NCBI GenBank assembly: GCA_000934665.2
Contig: KZ538135.1
Coordinates: forward strand, 62,001-124,424
Source of the DNA: Catajapyx aquilonaris
Taxonomy: Eukaryota
Length of the DNA: 62,424 nt
Reading direction: 5' to 3'
A program made the translations under genes and the position numbers. Positions within the stretch are counted from its first letter, which is position 1; each line of letters begins with the position of its first letter. This document shows, in pieces, positions 1-11,640 of this stretch. The notes below the pieces were generated by a model. That model did not search any database. It was not told the origin of the DNA and saw only the letters and a program-made list of their open reading frames with translations.

Positions 1-281
1 CAATGAAATCTTTGAAGTCCAAGTGCAGTCCGTAAAGAGCAAAGTCTTTGAAGTCCAATTGAAGTCCATAATTTGCAGAAGTCTGGCTGAAGTCCGTAAA
101 GTGTAGACAAAGTCCAACTGATACACTACAGGATGAAGTGACTAACCCCTCGAATAATGCCCAATTGAGTGTGGTCGCAAACATATTCAGCACTACCAGT
201 TCACTGATGCAATGTTCGGACGATGCTCCTGCCTAGCAAAAATGGTAACGGTAGCGAGCCATAATAAAATGCATCACTTAC

Positions 282-405
282 GTTCAGCCGATTCACAAGA
301 AGGTCGAGCACCGTCGCCACGTTGTTCGTCTGGAGCACGTAGGTCGCGTTGCCCGGGCATCCCTTGCATGCGAGAATCAGTGTGTTGCATGCAGTCTTCA
401 CACAT
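282..405 (-). CDS. SCAPER: SCAPER exon ([41 protein letters not shown])
   Basis: tgcag acceptor, gtaagt donor, phase 2-0. Confidence 0.85.
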
Positions 406-3400
406 CTGCAAGTAATGAACGCTTTACTCAATAACTGTTCTTTGTAAATGTAAGCCCGAATTGCTTACTTGAAGGGAACGAAGTTGACGCTCTCGTTTTG
501 ACACTCCTGAGTAAGCTTCAGCAGGTGGGTGACGGCTGTAAATCCGCCCATCGCCTGGAAAGCCAGCTGGTCGCCAACATTCTACAACAAGCCGATAATT
601 AGTACCATTTCCGGGTGCCAATTAAACGGCTAATTACCTTCTTCTCAAGCATTCGATTGACCTCTCCGAGCGCCCTTTCCAAGGAGTTGACCGCGTTGTT
701 GGGCCACGGGCCTTTCCCTTGAGACCCGTTCAGCCTGTGGAGCTCCTTCACACACTTGTGCAACTTCTGATTGCTTGCCTCTGCCGTTGGCCGCTGAAGC
801 TTCTTCTCATTGTCGTCACCCCTGGTTTTCAGACAGGAGCAATTCAGTATTCAAATAACAGTGGTACATCCAACGAACATACCTTGCAAGCAGCCTCTGC
901 CTGAGCTTCTTACATCGTTTCCGTAAAGCCTTCTGCCGCTCTCGGTCCAGCGCAACCTGCGGGTCCACCTTGTCCGCCGGGGCATCCACAATATGCTTCA
1001 GGCTATACGCATCAGTTGGATCCTGGTCGGCCGCATCCTGCTGCTTCAGTGCTTCCTGATGCGGCTTGCCTTTCAGATGACTCAGCAAGTACACCTCCGA
1101 TCCAATCTGTCGGGAAATACAGTTAGGACATGTCTGACGCAAAGAAAGTGTTCAATCCTCACCAGGATGTTGCATAGAGTGCACAGTTTCTTGGTCTGAT
1201 ATGGCGCCATACGAGGCGCATCGTCTGCTGAAGTCGCATTCGAGGAGAAACGTCCACCACTGAGCTCACAAGCACGCTGCCTTATCTGTTCTATGGTCTC
1301 CTCATGACGTCGAGCCGAACTCTCCTGCTTCTGCTGAATTTTCTTCTGTAGTTCTTCGATCGCCGCCTGCTTGCCTGCGTGCAGAGCTGACAAGCGCTCC
1401 TCACGGTCCCTAAATGCGACAAGTAATTACATGACTGCAATATATACTTCCTGGATAACTAACCTGGCCTTCTCTCTGGCAATTTCCAGCCGCTCTTTCT
1501 CCTTTTCCATCTGCTCTCGCTCGATACGTTCCTCCTGCTTTCTTCGCCTCTCCTGCAGCTCGTCCAGTTTGGCCTTCCTTTCCCTCTCCAGCTGTCTCCG
1601 TCTTTCCTCCACCGCTGCCTCCTTAGCCGCCTTCTCCTCCTGCTTCCTCTGCCGTTCCTCCTGGATGCCCTGAAGACGGCCCTCCTGCTCCTGGCACAAG
1701 GCCATGTAGTCGTGCCGCTTGTTGGCAGCTTCCAGTTCATTAATGAACGCTATCTCTCGTGCCTTCTCTTCCTCATCATGTGCCTTCTTAACAATATCCT
1801 GCAGATGCTCCTTTCGCTTCTGTTCCGCCCTGGCCATTCGGCGCTCCCAAAGGACTCGCCGTTGCTCCATCAGCTGCTCCTTACGTCCCCGAACTTCCTC
1901 GATGCGACGCCACAGTTCCTTGAGCTTCGACGCTTTTTCCTCCCTCTGCCGCTCCCTGCAAATCGTACGCATTACAACCTGCAAAGACGCTTCTAGTCGT
2001 CTATACTAACCTCAACTCCCGGGCTTTGGCCTGCTTTTCCTCATGATGTCTTCTTAGACCCTCCTCACCGTCTGCTCCTCCGTCTTCCTCCTCAGCTTCC
2101 GATTTAGTGCCGCCACTTTTCCCCTTGGTTTTCCGCCTGCTTCGGCTTGGGGACGAGAGCTTCTCGTGAAGATGCATAGCCCGACCTGGATGCCTGCAGG
2201 ACTTCATCTCCTCCATCTCCAGCTGTTCCAGCTTCTCCATGCGGTCACCCCAAGACATTCCGGCCAGTACTGTCTCGTACCTGCAAAAAGGAAATGTCAG
2301 TCGATGCAATTATTTTGTGACTTATGTACTTTACCTGGCTTCTATGGAAGCACGACTTGGTGGCGAGGAAGGCGACGATGCGGGTATGACAGGAGATCCC
2401 ACCCTCGCCTCTTCTTCCTCACGGGTATCATCCTCTTCTTCTTCCTCTTCCGCTTCCTCCTTGTCGTCACCGCCTTCTACTGTGGTCTGTGCCTCCAGTA
2501 TCTCCTTCTCCAATATCTCCTCTTCTTCCATAGCCGTCTGCAATGCCTCCTCTTTTTCCTTCATCTCCTCTTCTTCCTGGACACTCTCGTCATCTCGGAG
2601 AGGCACTGGTGAAGTCGGAAGTGAGGCTGGGTGTGGCGAAGTTGCAAGATGAGGTGACGTGGGCCGAGGAGACGTCGGTTGAGGCGATCCGCAGCTGTCT
2701 GGCGCTTTCCTATACGAGAAATACTTGCGTATTATCCATGAACATGCAACCTTTTCAACAATCGAACCTGTTTGGAGGATCGCCGGATTCGCTATTTCGA
2801 ACATTGTGCTGCCTCAGGCTTTCCTCGGTCAGCTTGCAAACAACACCAGTTCCCTCATCTGACTTGACATCCGCCTCCTTTTCGCTTCCTTTCCTACCCC
2901 TCTTCCCGTTTCCGCATCTGGAAACACTTGATGCCTTCCTGACTCTCCGGACAGGCTCCTTCTTCTCCGTGATTGTTCCGATCTCCCGCCTGACTTTGGG
3001 TTTTGATGCTCTCTCCGCAGCACTTAATGAGAGTGACGGAAGCGACTTGGCCGACTTTGGCCCCAGGTTGGCCCTCGGTCTTGGGGAGGATGCAGGCGTC
3101 TTTTTCTCTGGTGGAGGATCAGATTTCCTGGTGCCAGATGCAAGGAGATTGCAGCTGCTTCTTGAGTGTGTTCCCAAAGCGTTGAGAGACCAGGGACGAC
3201 CTAGAGGTGAGCTTCGTGCTCGTGACGACCTCCCTCGGACTGTCTCCCAGCCGTCTGGGTCTCTGTTGGTGGCAGGATTTCCGCCACGGGAAGACGAATC
3301 GGCAGAGCTGCTCAGTGACGATGTGCTGCCTGATATGCAATCACGTGGTGACCCTGCTGCGGCTGCTGAAGCCATAAGCAACGGAAGTGGAGCAGGACGG

Positions 3401-6400
3401 GTCGGCATGCGCTGAAGGGCCAACCGATGTGATGGTGGTAATCCCCTCTGAAAATATGTCACATTATTTATTTCGCAATGAAAATGATTTAGCGCAACAG
3501 CCCTCACCACATACTAACAGCGCATGCATAAGACATTAAAATTTTTACCTGCGCCGGGTTGCTAATAGGCTTATGAGTGGCAGCGGATGGAGCAGAAGAG
3601 GCACTAGAAGCAGGAGGAAGTCCCCGACTTCCTAGTCTAGATGCGCTCCCACTTAGGAAAGGTCGCATCTGATACATGTGCAATATAAGAAAAATTGGGC
3701 CACCAAACCACCGGATTAGGAAAGTCATCAACAAGTACGCCAAAAAAATGTAATTTTATATTAATTAATATGCTGGAAATGAAAGCGAAGCAAGGAGGAC
3801 TTTCAGTCGTAACCCACCCTAATTTCTCAGGGTGTACCAACCTGTCTGACGCTGCCTGGATGACCCCTAGGCTGCCCAGGCGCAGACGCTGGTGCGTCTC
3901 CAGTTCTTCTAACATTAACCGGCTGCGGCCTGACTCTTCCGACTCCTCTAGCGGATGTGACTCGTCCAGGGCCGACCTGCCCTCGGGCTAATCCTGGCCC
4001 ACTTACCGACCCAGCTGGACCAACCTTCGGAGTCGACGCCTTCGCTGCGAATGTGGTTGCGGTAGATTTAGATTCAACCTGAGGCGAACTGTCCAGTCCG
4101 CATTGGCATCCGGCTTCTTTTCTCAGCTCGGGCGGATCAGGTTCTGGCTGCGGGTTGGCCGATAAATCAGACACCGAGACCTCATCTTCAACCTCGTCGG
4201 TCTGAATGCAGGCGTCGACTCGTACAACCTCGTCACACTCTTCAAATTCAGCACTTCCGTTCAGTTCCAGTTTCAGGTCGTCCGCAACCTCTGAATTTTC
4301 TGGTGGAGCTTCTTCTTTAGGTGTTTCCATTGCTGCCGGTTCTTCTACCTTTTCTTCCTCGGGTTTCGTTACCGTTTCTGGAACCGTTAGCTCCACTGCA
4401 ACTTCGTCCGCTTTCACCTCCTTCTCCTTCTTCACAGGCTCCTCCTTCGACTTCATGGCGTCCAGTCTTCTCGCAGTCGCCTCAGGAATACCGCAGTGAC
4501 GCTCAAACTGAGCAGTGTGAGGCATCTGTAAGTGTAACAAATCGCTTTCAATTATCTAAACTTTGCAGGAAATATGTACGACCTTTACCCGTCCTGGTGA
4601 TGACTTCCGGACTTCCCAAGCAAGCGAGGTGGGCCTCTGTGGTGGCGGTGTATTCTCATACTCCCACTTCAGTTTGAGCCACTCGATCAAATTCAGAAGG
4701 TCACGGATATAGTTCTGAAGCACCAGAATCACTCCCTATCCGCAAGAACCAAAGGTAAGCTTTTGACCCAATCGTTAAGTCAACATGATTTTACCTGACA
4801 TTCGGCGACGCTCTCGTCCGACTCGCACGTTTGGTATATCTCGTCCATTGCTCTTCCGAGGTTCTCGAACAGGAAGGCCCAATACCTCGATTGCAACGCT
4901 AAAAGAGAATAGACGCTGTAGACAAAATTCCCTCGTTTGGATTCCGGATGCTTACTAGACTTCCTGTCCCTCCCAGCTGAAGACGACCGGATCCTGGACC
5001 CTGGTTTTGGATTAGCTGTCAGGTCCTTCATCCTTATGGCCTTGGGATACGCTGGCGGCTTTTTGGCCAATTTACCTGCAGAAATTAGCAGACTGTGACA
5101 TTTTTATCGACAACAACAATGGTGAAACTTATAATAAGACATCGTCACCATTGCAATCCAACTGTCACGATTAGACAAAATCGTGGACGTACCTGCCCAT
5201 CGTTATCTTCCCGCAAACTCACAACCACATTTGGTCGTAAGAGCCTTTAAACAAGTGGGCGACATAAAAAAAAAGAGGCCTTCCCACACCTGAGTGACTT
5301 CAAAACGATGCAAAAAAAAAAGGTGGAGGTGGGTGACCTAGATGCAAATTCTCACTCTCACTGCCTCGCAAATGATCGCCATCTACTGAGCTCCCAACGC
5401 AACACCTAGGGGAAAGGTGGGCTGGGCAGCAGCACGTGACATTTCAAATGAGTGGAAATTATACGCATCAGACGTCAACTCAATTGATACACAATCATAC
5501 AGGTGCGGTACCGTCGTAAAATCATCCGATGCTCCATATGCAATATGGTTTTAAAACTGTCAAATTTTATGTAATATTTGGGTAAATCTTATGTAAAGAA
5601 AGTATTAGCTGGGTTGCGAATTACTGAAACCAATAATCCGCATGGATGTCGACTTCATGAAGAAGGAATAATCTTGACACCTACATGTACCAGTACCGCT
5701 TATAAAAAATGGTACGACGCTGTGGACGAAATGTTTATCCTGTTCCCAACACCTGGATCGCCAGCATGTTTTTAACCCTTTGACGCTTGAGTTTTTTTGG
5801 GCCGTTTTCTTCTCTTTCCTACCAAAATTTGTAGTAGGGGTGATATTAATATTAGAAACAATATGCTCCAATATTTATTATATTAACTCGTGGCAGCTGG
5901 TCCTTGTGCGTCCTAAGCGGGGGTCAGAAACTCCCCACCGACATCGCACCTCCCCATGGATGGGTCAAGGAAAGGAAAGGCTGTGGCCTATTATTTACGG
6001 AAGCGACCCCGGAATTATCCTGGGAGGACCGTGGGAAACCACGGTCAGGGTCGCCGCCCCCGGGATTCGTACCTAGGACCTCCCGATTAGCAGTCGGACA
6101 CTTTCGCCACTCCACCAAACTGCTTCGGTTCGTAGTAATTATAATAATTGTTTAATTTTTAAATAATAATGGATACCCCGTGATAGGCCCCTTGGGCCTC
6201 TTAGGGGATCATCTTTTGAATACCCGACTTTAATTATTTGTCTGTGCTGTGATGGATTTTGATTGCGGAAGGAAACGGGAGAACCCCGAGAAAACCCACG
6301 CGAACACGGAGAGAACCCATCGAAACTCTATCCACATAAGTATCCTCCGTCCGACCCGGGGATCGAACTCGGGACCTTAAGAGGTGGAAGGCTGCGGCGC

Positions 6401-6886
6401 TAACCACTCGGCCACCGTGTCGCCCAATAATTGTTTAATTATTTCTGGTGTTTCTGAATTTTACACCATTTTTTCCTTCATGCAATATATTTTTTTTTAA
6501 AAATTACTGCTATACAAATATATCATACAGAAGACCTTTTCGGAGCTTCAAGGTATTATTTTGATTACCGGTATAATTACTTTTAGGGCATGCACATTTT
6601 ACATAAATTTTCCTGTGATATTGCATACTTGTATTACATATTCTAATTCGTGCACCACCGAATAACGATGCTTGTCCTTGGGTATTAATTGTCACTTGCT
6701 GGTAATTAAACTAAGTGCTGCCATCGTGCCTTTCTTCAGTCATGAGTGGGGGAACATGAAATTAAAAATTAAAAATTATTTACTAGGCTCGGCGGGATCC
6801 AGCGGCACGTGGAAGGCCACCAGGTTGCGTGCCGCCCTGCCCTCGTCCTGGACCAACAGGCGGAGGGCAGACGCCTCGGAGCTCAT
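282..6886 (-). CDS. SCAPER: SCAPER (S-phase cyclin A-associated protein in the ER), 5' portion, 15 joined exons, 1274 codons; continues beyond the left edge
   Basis: Phase-consistent GT-AG exons: 6886-6784, 5075-4956, 4898-4795, 4735-4589, 4525-4007, 3668-3549, 3447-2768, 2709-2335, 2280-2011, 1955-1464, 1409-1163, 1106-883, 821-638, 581-469, 405-282. Motifs match recalled [83 protein letters not shown], the C2H2 finger, and [13 protein letters not shown]. Confidence 0.95.
469..581 (-). CDS. SCAPER: SCAPER exon ([21 protein letters not shown]...)
   Basis: tgtag acceptor, gtaagc donor. Confidence 0.88.
638..821 (-). CDS. SCAPER: SCAPER exon ([25 protein letters not shown])
   Basis: Hand-translated; matches the recalled conserved segment; phase 2-0. 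Confidence 0.88.
883..1106 (-). CDS. SCAPER: SCAPER exon ([16 protein letters not shown]...[16 protein letters not shown])
   Basis: Second half of the C2H2 finger; gtatgt donor. Confidence 0.92.
1163..1409 (-). CDS. SCAPER: SCAPER exon (DREERLSAL...[16 protein letters not shown]...[10 protein letters not shown])
   Basis: First half of the C2H2 finger; gtgagg donor. Confidence 0.92.
1464..1955 (-). CDS. SCAPER: SCAPER exon, long charged coiled coil
   Basis: [20 protein letters not shown] and [10 protein letters not shown] motifs; phase 2-2. Confidence 0.92.
2011..2280 (-). CDS. SCAPER: SCAPER exon ([13 protein letters not shown]...[18 protein letters not shown]...[12 protein letters not shown])
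   Basis: Conserved motifs; phase 2-2. Confidence 0.9.
2335..2709 (-). CDS. SCAPER: SCAPER exon, SP-repeat and Glu-rich, ending SIEAR
   Basis: tatag acceptor, gtaaag donor, phase 2-2. Confidence 0.85.
2768..3447 (-). CDS. SCAPER: SCAPER exon containing DGWETVRGR
   Basis: ttttcag acceptor; GWETV motif; phase 0-2. Confidence 0.85.
3549..3668 (-). CDS. SCAPER: SCAPER exon ([11 protein letters not shown]...ISNPAQ)
   Basis: atcag acceptor, CAG|gtaaaa donor, 120 nt, symmetric. Confidence 0.75.
4007..4525 (-). CDS. SCAPER: SCAPER exon, acidic low-complexity region; alternative in-frame donor at 3842
   Basis: ttacag acceptor, gtaagt donor, phase 0-0. Confidence 0.8.
4589..4735 (-). CDS. SCAPER: SCAPER exon ([49 protein letters not shown])
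   Basis: Conserved RPTSLAWEV. The donor could alternatively end the exon at 4583. Confidence 0.9.
4795..4898 (-). CDS. SCAPER: SCAPER exon, SCAPER_N domain ([34 protein letters not shown])
   Basis: Highly conserved motif; ttttag acceptor, gtaaaa donor. Confidence 0.92.
4956..5075 (-). CDS. SCAPER: SCAPER exon ([10 protein letters not shown]...[11 protein letters not shown])
   Basis: ctgcag acceptor, gtaagc donor, phase 1-1. Confidence 0.85.
5900..6129 (-). mobile_element. tRNA-derived SINE, family A, copy 1
   Basis: A-box TGGTGGAGTGG and B-box-like GGTACGAATCC; body shared with 25760-25983 and 59387-59645. The 3' end is approximate. Confidence 0.8.
6158..6425 (-). mobile_element. tRNA-derived SINE, family B, with V-domain-like core
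   Basis: A-box TGGCCGAGTGG, B-box AGTTCGATCC; perfect 15-bp TSD AATAATTGTTTAATT (6143-6157, 6426-6440). Confidence 0.88.
6784..6886 (-). CDS. SCAPER: SCAPER first coding exon ([34 protein letters not shown])
   Basis: ATG in aagATG context. Matches the recalled N-terminal motif EGRxARNL. Phase-1 donor gtaaat. Absent from the ORF track. Confidence 0.9.
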
Positions 6887-6966
6887 CTTCTCCGTCTGGA
6901 TATAATAATAATAATCATTTAGTAATTAGGCTTTTAAAAAAATGGAACATTTTTTGGAACACTGAC

Positions 6967-7180
6967 GGTTGCAAGTGTGTGTCCCCTTCCAGAGGGTCTC
7001 TCCTTCTCCTTTGACAGGCGACGGCGGGTACGCTCAGAGGAACGCCTGACTCATCCCGACCGACCTCGGCACACCGCAGCAGACATCCCTGGCTGGGAAC
7101 AGCATCTCAGAAGAAGAAGGTCTCTCTCTGAGATCACCAAATGCCAGGAACATGGGGAAACATGGCCGGTGACGTCACGC
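6967..7180 (-). promoter_or_regulatory. Probable SCAPER non-coding first exon and promoter, with a CRE palindrome
   Basis: GC-rich island. Donor gtcagt at 6966 gives a 71-nt intron to the acceptor at 6896. GTGACGTCAC at 7169-7178. The TSS cannot be determined. Confidence 0.55.
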
Positions 7181-7432
7181 GGACCGAAAGACACGCAGCT
7201 GCTGAGATGGAGGGGGGTGATCAGAGTAACGGCTATTAGGAAGAGAACGGCTGAAAATAGCAGCTAAACCAGCAAAATGTCTCTCTATTAGTTAATCAAT
7301 ATTAATTCCTGACTTATCAGTGCATATGTATTGTTAATGTATTATTTTATTGGTATTCGTTAATATTTATTGGGGGATTTTTTTTTTTTAAATGTAGGAT
7401 ACTGTTAATTATTTATTGCGCAATTTTAATTA

Positions 7433-7610
7433 CAGTTGAATCCGCGGATATTATAATAACCGACTTCAAGAGACCGATCGGAAATAAGTTTGTTATAACC
7501 GAGGTCTGTTATAGTTGGATACACAGGCCCTACGTGGAAGTATGACGGGACCGACCTTTCGTGTCTGTATTAACCGAAAGTCTGTTATACAGTATATCCG
7601 GATTCAATAG
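7433..7610. mobile_element. pogo/Tigger-like MITE
   Basis: TA|CAGTTGAATCCG ... CGGATTCAATAG|TA with internal GTTATA repeats. Confidence 0.65.
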
Positions 7611-7659
7611 TATTTATTATTTATTGTATTATTTGATCAGTTATCATTCGGTTATCATT

Positions 7660-7985
7660 AACCGTTATTATTTATTTATCATTTTTGACAATTATTTATC
7701 ATATTTTATCAATTTTGACAAATATTTGTGGTAGGCTATTATTATTTATTATTTATCATTTTTGACAATTATTTATCATATTTATCAATTTCGACAAATA
7801 TTTGTGATGTATTAAGTAGGCTATTATTATTTATTATTTATCATTTTTGACAATTATTTATTATTTATCATTTGTCACAATTATTTATTATTTATCATTT
7901 GTCACAATTATTTATTATTTATCATTTGTCACAATTATTTGTTATGTATTAAGTAGGCTATTATTATTATTATTATTTATTTATT
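7660..7985. repeat. AT-rich minisatellite (TTATTTATCATTT.T.ACAATTATTTA)
   Basis: Visible tandem units of ~27 bp. Confidence 0.8.
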
Positions 7986-8315
7986 ACATGGTTTAATTAT
8001 TTATTAAGGAGGTCCGGACTACCCATTAACAAACAAATAAAACTAATAAAGTAGGATTAGTAGTATACACACAAGTCATAAATCAGTAATTAATCTGATA
8101 ATAACTAATGAATAGAATATTAAAATATTAAAATATATTAAAAATAATTAACATAAAAGTTATTGCTAATACTACTATTCCTACTTTATAGATTATAATT
8201 TTCTATTAATTACTGCTTTTACTTGTGTGTAGGCCTACTGTTCTGCTTTATATTATTTATATTCTATTAATTAATTATTAATTACCGACTTATTAATATT
8301 TTATTCCTTTGCGTT

Positions 8316-8485
8316 GGGGACACGGATGTTAAGGTCCCGGGTTCGATCCCAACCCGGGGACACCCCCTTCGTCTCGTGCAGAGTTCTGGGGTCATCTCTG
8401 GCTTCGTCTCGGGTGGTATATCCACAGACTAAACCACCCAGGGGAGTTCACAAGACGACCAAGCACCGTTACCGCACTGCACTAA

Positions 8486-8554
<69 letters not shown>
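8316..8554 (+). mobile_element. 5'-truncated SINE, family C, with (ATT)n tail
   Basis: B-box GGTTCGATCCC at 8340; (ATT)n tail; perfect 15-bp TSD TTATTCCTTTGCGTT (8301-8315, 8555-8569). Confidence 0.85.
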
Positions 8555-8560
<6 letters not shown>

Positions 8561-11500
8561 CTTTGCGTTCATCCAATCGTTGAAATCAATAATAATTAGC
8601 GATGGTTCTGACCGCGCACTTCATTGCCTGTATACACTTTCTGGAAATAAACATTATGTTGCAGTTTGGTACAGTTCACAGTTTATTTATTGTTGAGAGG
8701 GATTAATTGTTGTGGGAAACATTACAATTGTCCATTGGCACAGTTTTTTAATATTATGGTACTTTTTCAACACAATATGAAAAGGCACAATGCATACGTT
8801 TTTTTTTTCTTTTTCTTCTTTTCTAAATATTTTTGGCAATTTCAGTTTTTGTTTGGTTATTATGCATTATTATTATTTTCTTTCAAATGTGACTGCTGCT
8901 GACTCCTTTTCTGTAGTTTATCATAATTATTTATTTTGAAAATTTGCTGTACCCGGGCACATCAAGTGCTGCTAACAGGCTGAAGAGGGAACAAGAATAG
9001 AGAGATCTGAATATTAATATTATTTTTTTTAAATGTATAGAGTGTGCCGGGTAGTATATCATTAAAGAGAAGGCGCAAAGATTTAAAAATGATATGACGC
9101 ATTTTTTCAAACTATTTCTCTTTATTAATAGTAGTATAGTTTTTTACCCCAAAAAATTGTAGAGCTGTAGTTTGCAGCACTTGACAGGTCAGGTACACGA
9201 TATGGAATTATTTTGAAAGGGAAATATTGTAACTGGATTTTTAAGAAAGAGTTGAAACTATTTCATAATAATTATTTTTTCTCTCTCAATAAAAATTTAT
9301 CCCCTTCGGCCTGAGAGAAGCACTAGATATAGTGGAACTCGGTACTGATTAATTATGCATTATTACTTGAATCTAATCAGTATTTTTTTTATATATATTT
9401 CAAATTGTATGTGTAGCAAATATTGTAACGGATGCAGTCTGGTTTCAAAGAAAAGAAAAAAAAATGTGCCTTTCAGTGAGGTAGGCTGTAAGACTATGTA
9501 ACAGCGGAAGGAAGAAGTAGGACTAATTAGCCATTTTCTTTTCTCTAATTAATTTCAGAGGCGTCGTGATGACAGGTCTCCCAAAAAAAATTGTTTAATT
9601 ATTATTCCGCCATTTTTTTGGATTAAACATGGCCGTGCCCACTTTTTTACTTAGGAAGTCATCACGACCAACCTCGCCCAGTATACAATTTGCATCCGAT
9701 TATTTTTTTATTCTAAACTTTCCAAATCCGATTTGTAAAAAGGAAATATTCCCACCTTTTAATATTCAATATTTTTTTATATTTAAAAAAACACTTATTC
9801 ATTTCTTAACCAACTCCTTCAAAGGCCTGAGATCCAGCCTCAGAGCGTCTTGATTCCCTTCCCAATATGCAAATATAGTGCGCCAAAATGTTTTACAATT
9901 AGTGCCAATAGCAGACTTTTTTTTTAAAAAAAAAGTATAATAATTTTAAAATTTTCTAACATTTTGATGTTTGGCATCGTAAATATTAAATCTAACCAGA
10001 TGAAAAGTCCTGCAAGGAGAATCCAGAAAATTCGATACGAATTCCTATCAGTCTATTTTTTTTAAATAACTATAATTTTTTTAAAATCTAGAATTTATTT
10101 TCGATTCTCACGAAAATTAATTGGAAGGGAGTTTTTTAAAAATTGTGCAAAAAATCAGAGAGCATAAAAGACACCTAAAAAAAATATTTTGTCGCCTGCG
10201 ACAAAGTGACTACATAATACATAGGAATGTTCCAAAAAAAAAATGATGGACGCAACAAGTCTTTGAAGGAGCTGCGAAAAAACCATAATAGAGATAAAAC
10301 CAGTTTCTTGGTTTTTTAAAAACATATCCCCAACAGTAGATTAAAATATAGTGCAACCCAACAGAAATAAGCTGTACAACTTCGAATATCATTTTACAAA
10401 ATAATGAAACATAGCCACAGTATTATTTTTTTTTGATGGACAGATACAGACGAAAATGTGGGCACCGGATGTGACGTCATATATCCTCAGTATCTGACCA
10501 CCAATTCATTTAAAATTGTCATAATTTAATACATTCACACTTTCATCTTTTGTACTCTGCACTTCTTAAATTACTCTGCTCTCTCAAATGTACAATTTTC
10601 ACTCTAAGAAAAGCAATACGAATTATGTTTCATGGACAAATTTGAGCAGTTATTGCTACTATATTTTTAATTTTAATTTATTTTTTTATATTATTATTAT
10701 TATTACAAAAATTCGTATTGCCATGCAGAGAGCGGTAATCCAACACACATATTGACTAGACTCACTTGCCAGAAGTGAGAAAAGTTGGTCTAAAAAGGTA
10801 TGTCTGAGGAGATATTGAGTTAAATTATTTTTGAGGGATTTCAGCAAAAACAATGCTGTTAACAAAGTCATTGAAACTATTTTTGAATTTGCTTCAAAGT
10901 ATCGCCCCAGATGCAAGTTAATAGTTTCAACAACTTTTGTGACTCACCCTCCCCTCATAATAAGCTATGCTTTTTTTTCATACCTAGTCACACCATCTAA
11001 AAAAAATTATATTTATAATAATATAGAACGGTCATAAACAAACTATAGTCACTGGAAATGACCCCAAATCAACTGAACCCTGTCACTAACCATTGAGGGA
11101 AAAAAACAACAACAATTGTGCCAAGTTTCGCACAACAATGAGCACCGACCGAGACCCTAAAAAATAATTAAAACCAAATTAAATCTTTCCTCCACGCCCG
11201 GCATTGAAAAAAGAAGAAAAAAAATTCACATCCATGATAGTTTTTTTAAAAATCCCAGCAGTCTCATCATTCAATATCACAGCTTTTCATAGTTCCATTT
11301 AATTAATTAATTTTTTTGCTTATAGACTTTTCAATCATTATTATATTTTTTTCTTCACTTTTTAGACTTCGCACGCGTGATCCCGAACTAAAAATATCAA
11401 GGTAAAACCGAGCCATAAAGCCCAGATTCCATTATTTTGAAAATTGGTTTTTTGGCTTTTCTAAAAGTGGTTTATCACAAAGTCTGACTCTCTCGTTATT

Positions 11501-11640
11501 TTTTTTTTAAATCTTTAAAATGTGTGTATGTGTGGTAGCTTTTTTTTTTCTTGACGAGGATTTAAGGGTGGGTGGGAATGAGGGGTAAAGATGAACCCGC
11601 AAAAACCCGGAGGGAATCAATGTACATCTTGTGGGTTGTA

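Noticed and set aside
140..232. Possible next SCAPER exon (AGASSEHCISELVVLNMF...)
   Set aside because: Needs a 49-nt intron and shows no convincing similarity; left uncalled.
2543..3415. 290-aa plus-strand ORF and other plus ORFs at 200-4700
   Set aside because: Antisense shadows of GC-rich SCAPER exons.
5772..5790. TTAACCCTTTGACG piggyBac-like end; also solo TACAGGGTG Tc1-like ends at 14377, 25476 and 49560
   Set aside because: No matching second terminus identified.
6050..6129. tRNA genes at the SINE heads (GCT anticodon-like loop)
   Set aside because: No proper acceptor stem; followed by a SINE body and tail, and most copies have TSDs.
8314..8583. Poly-Ile ORF (and poly-Tyr ORF 57806-58030)
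   Set aside because: Translation of (ATT)n microsatellites.
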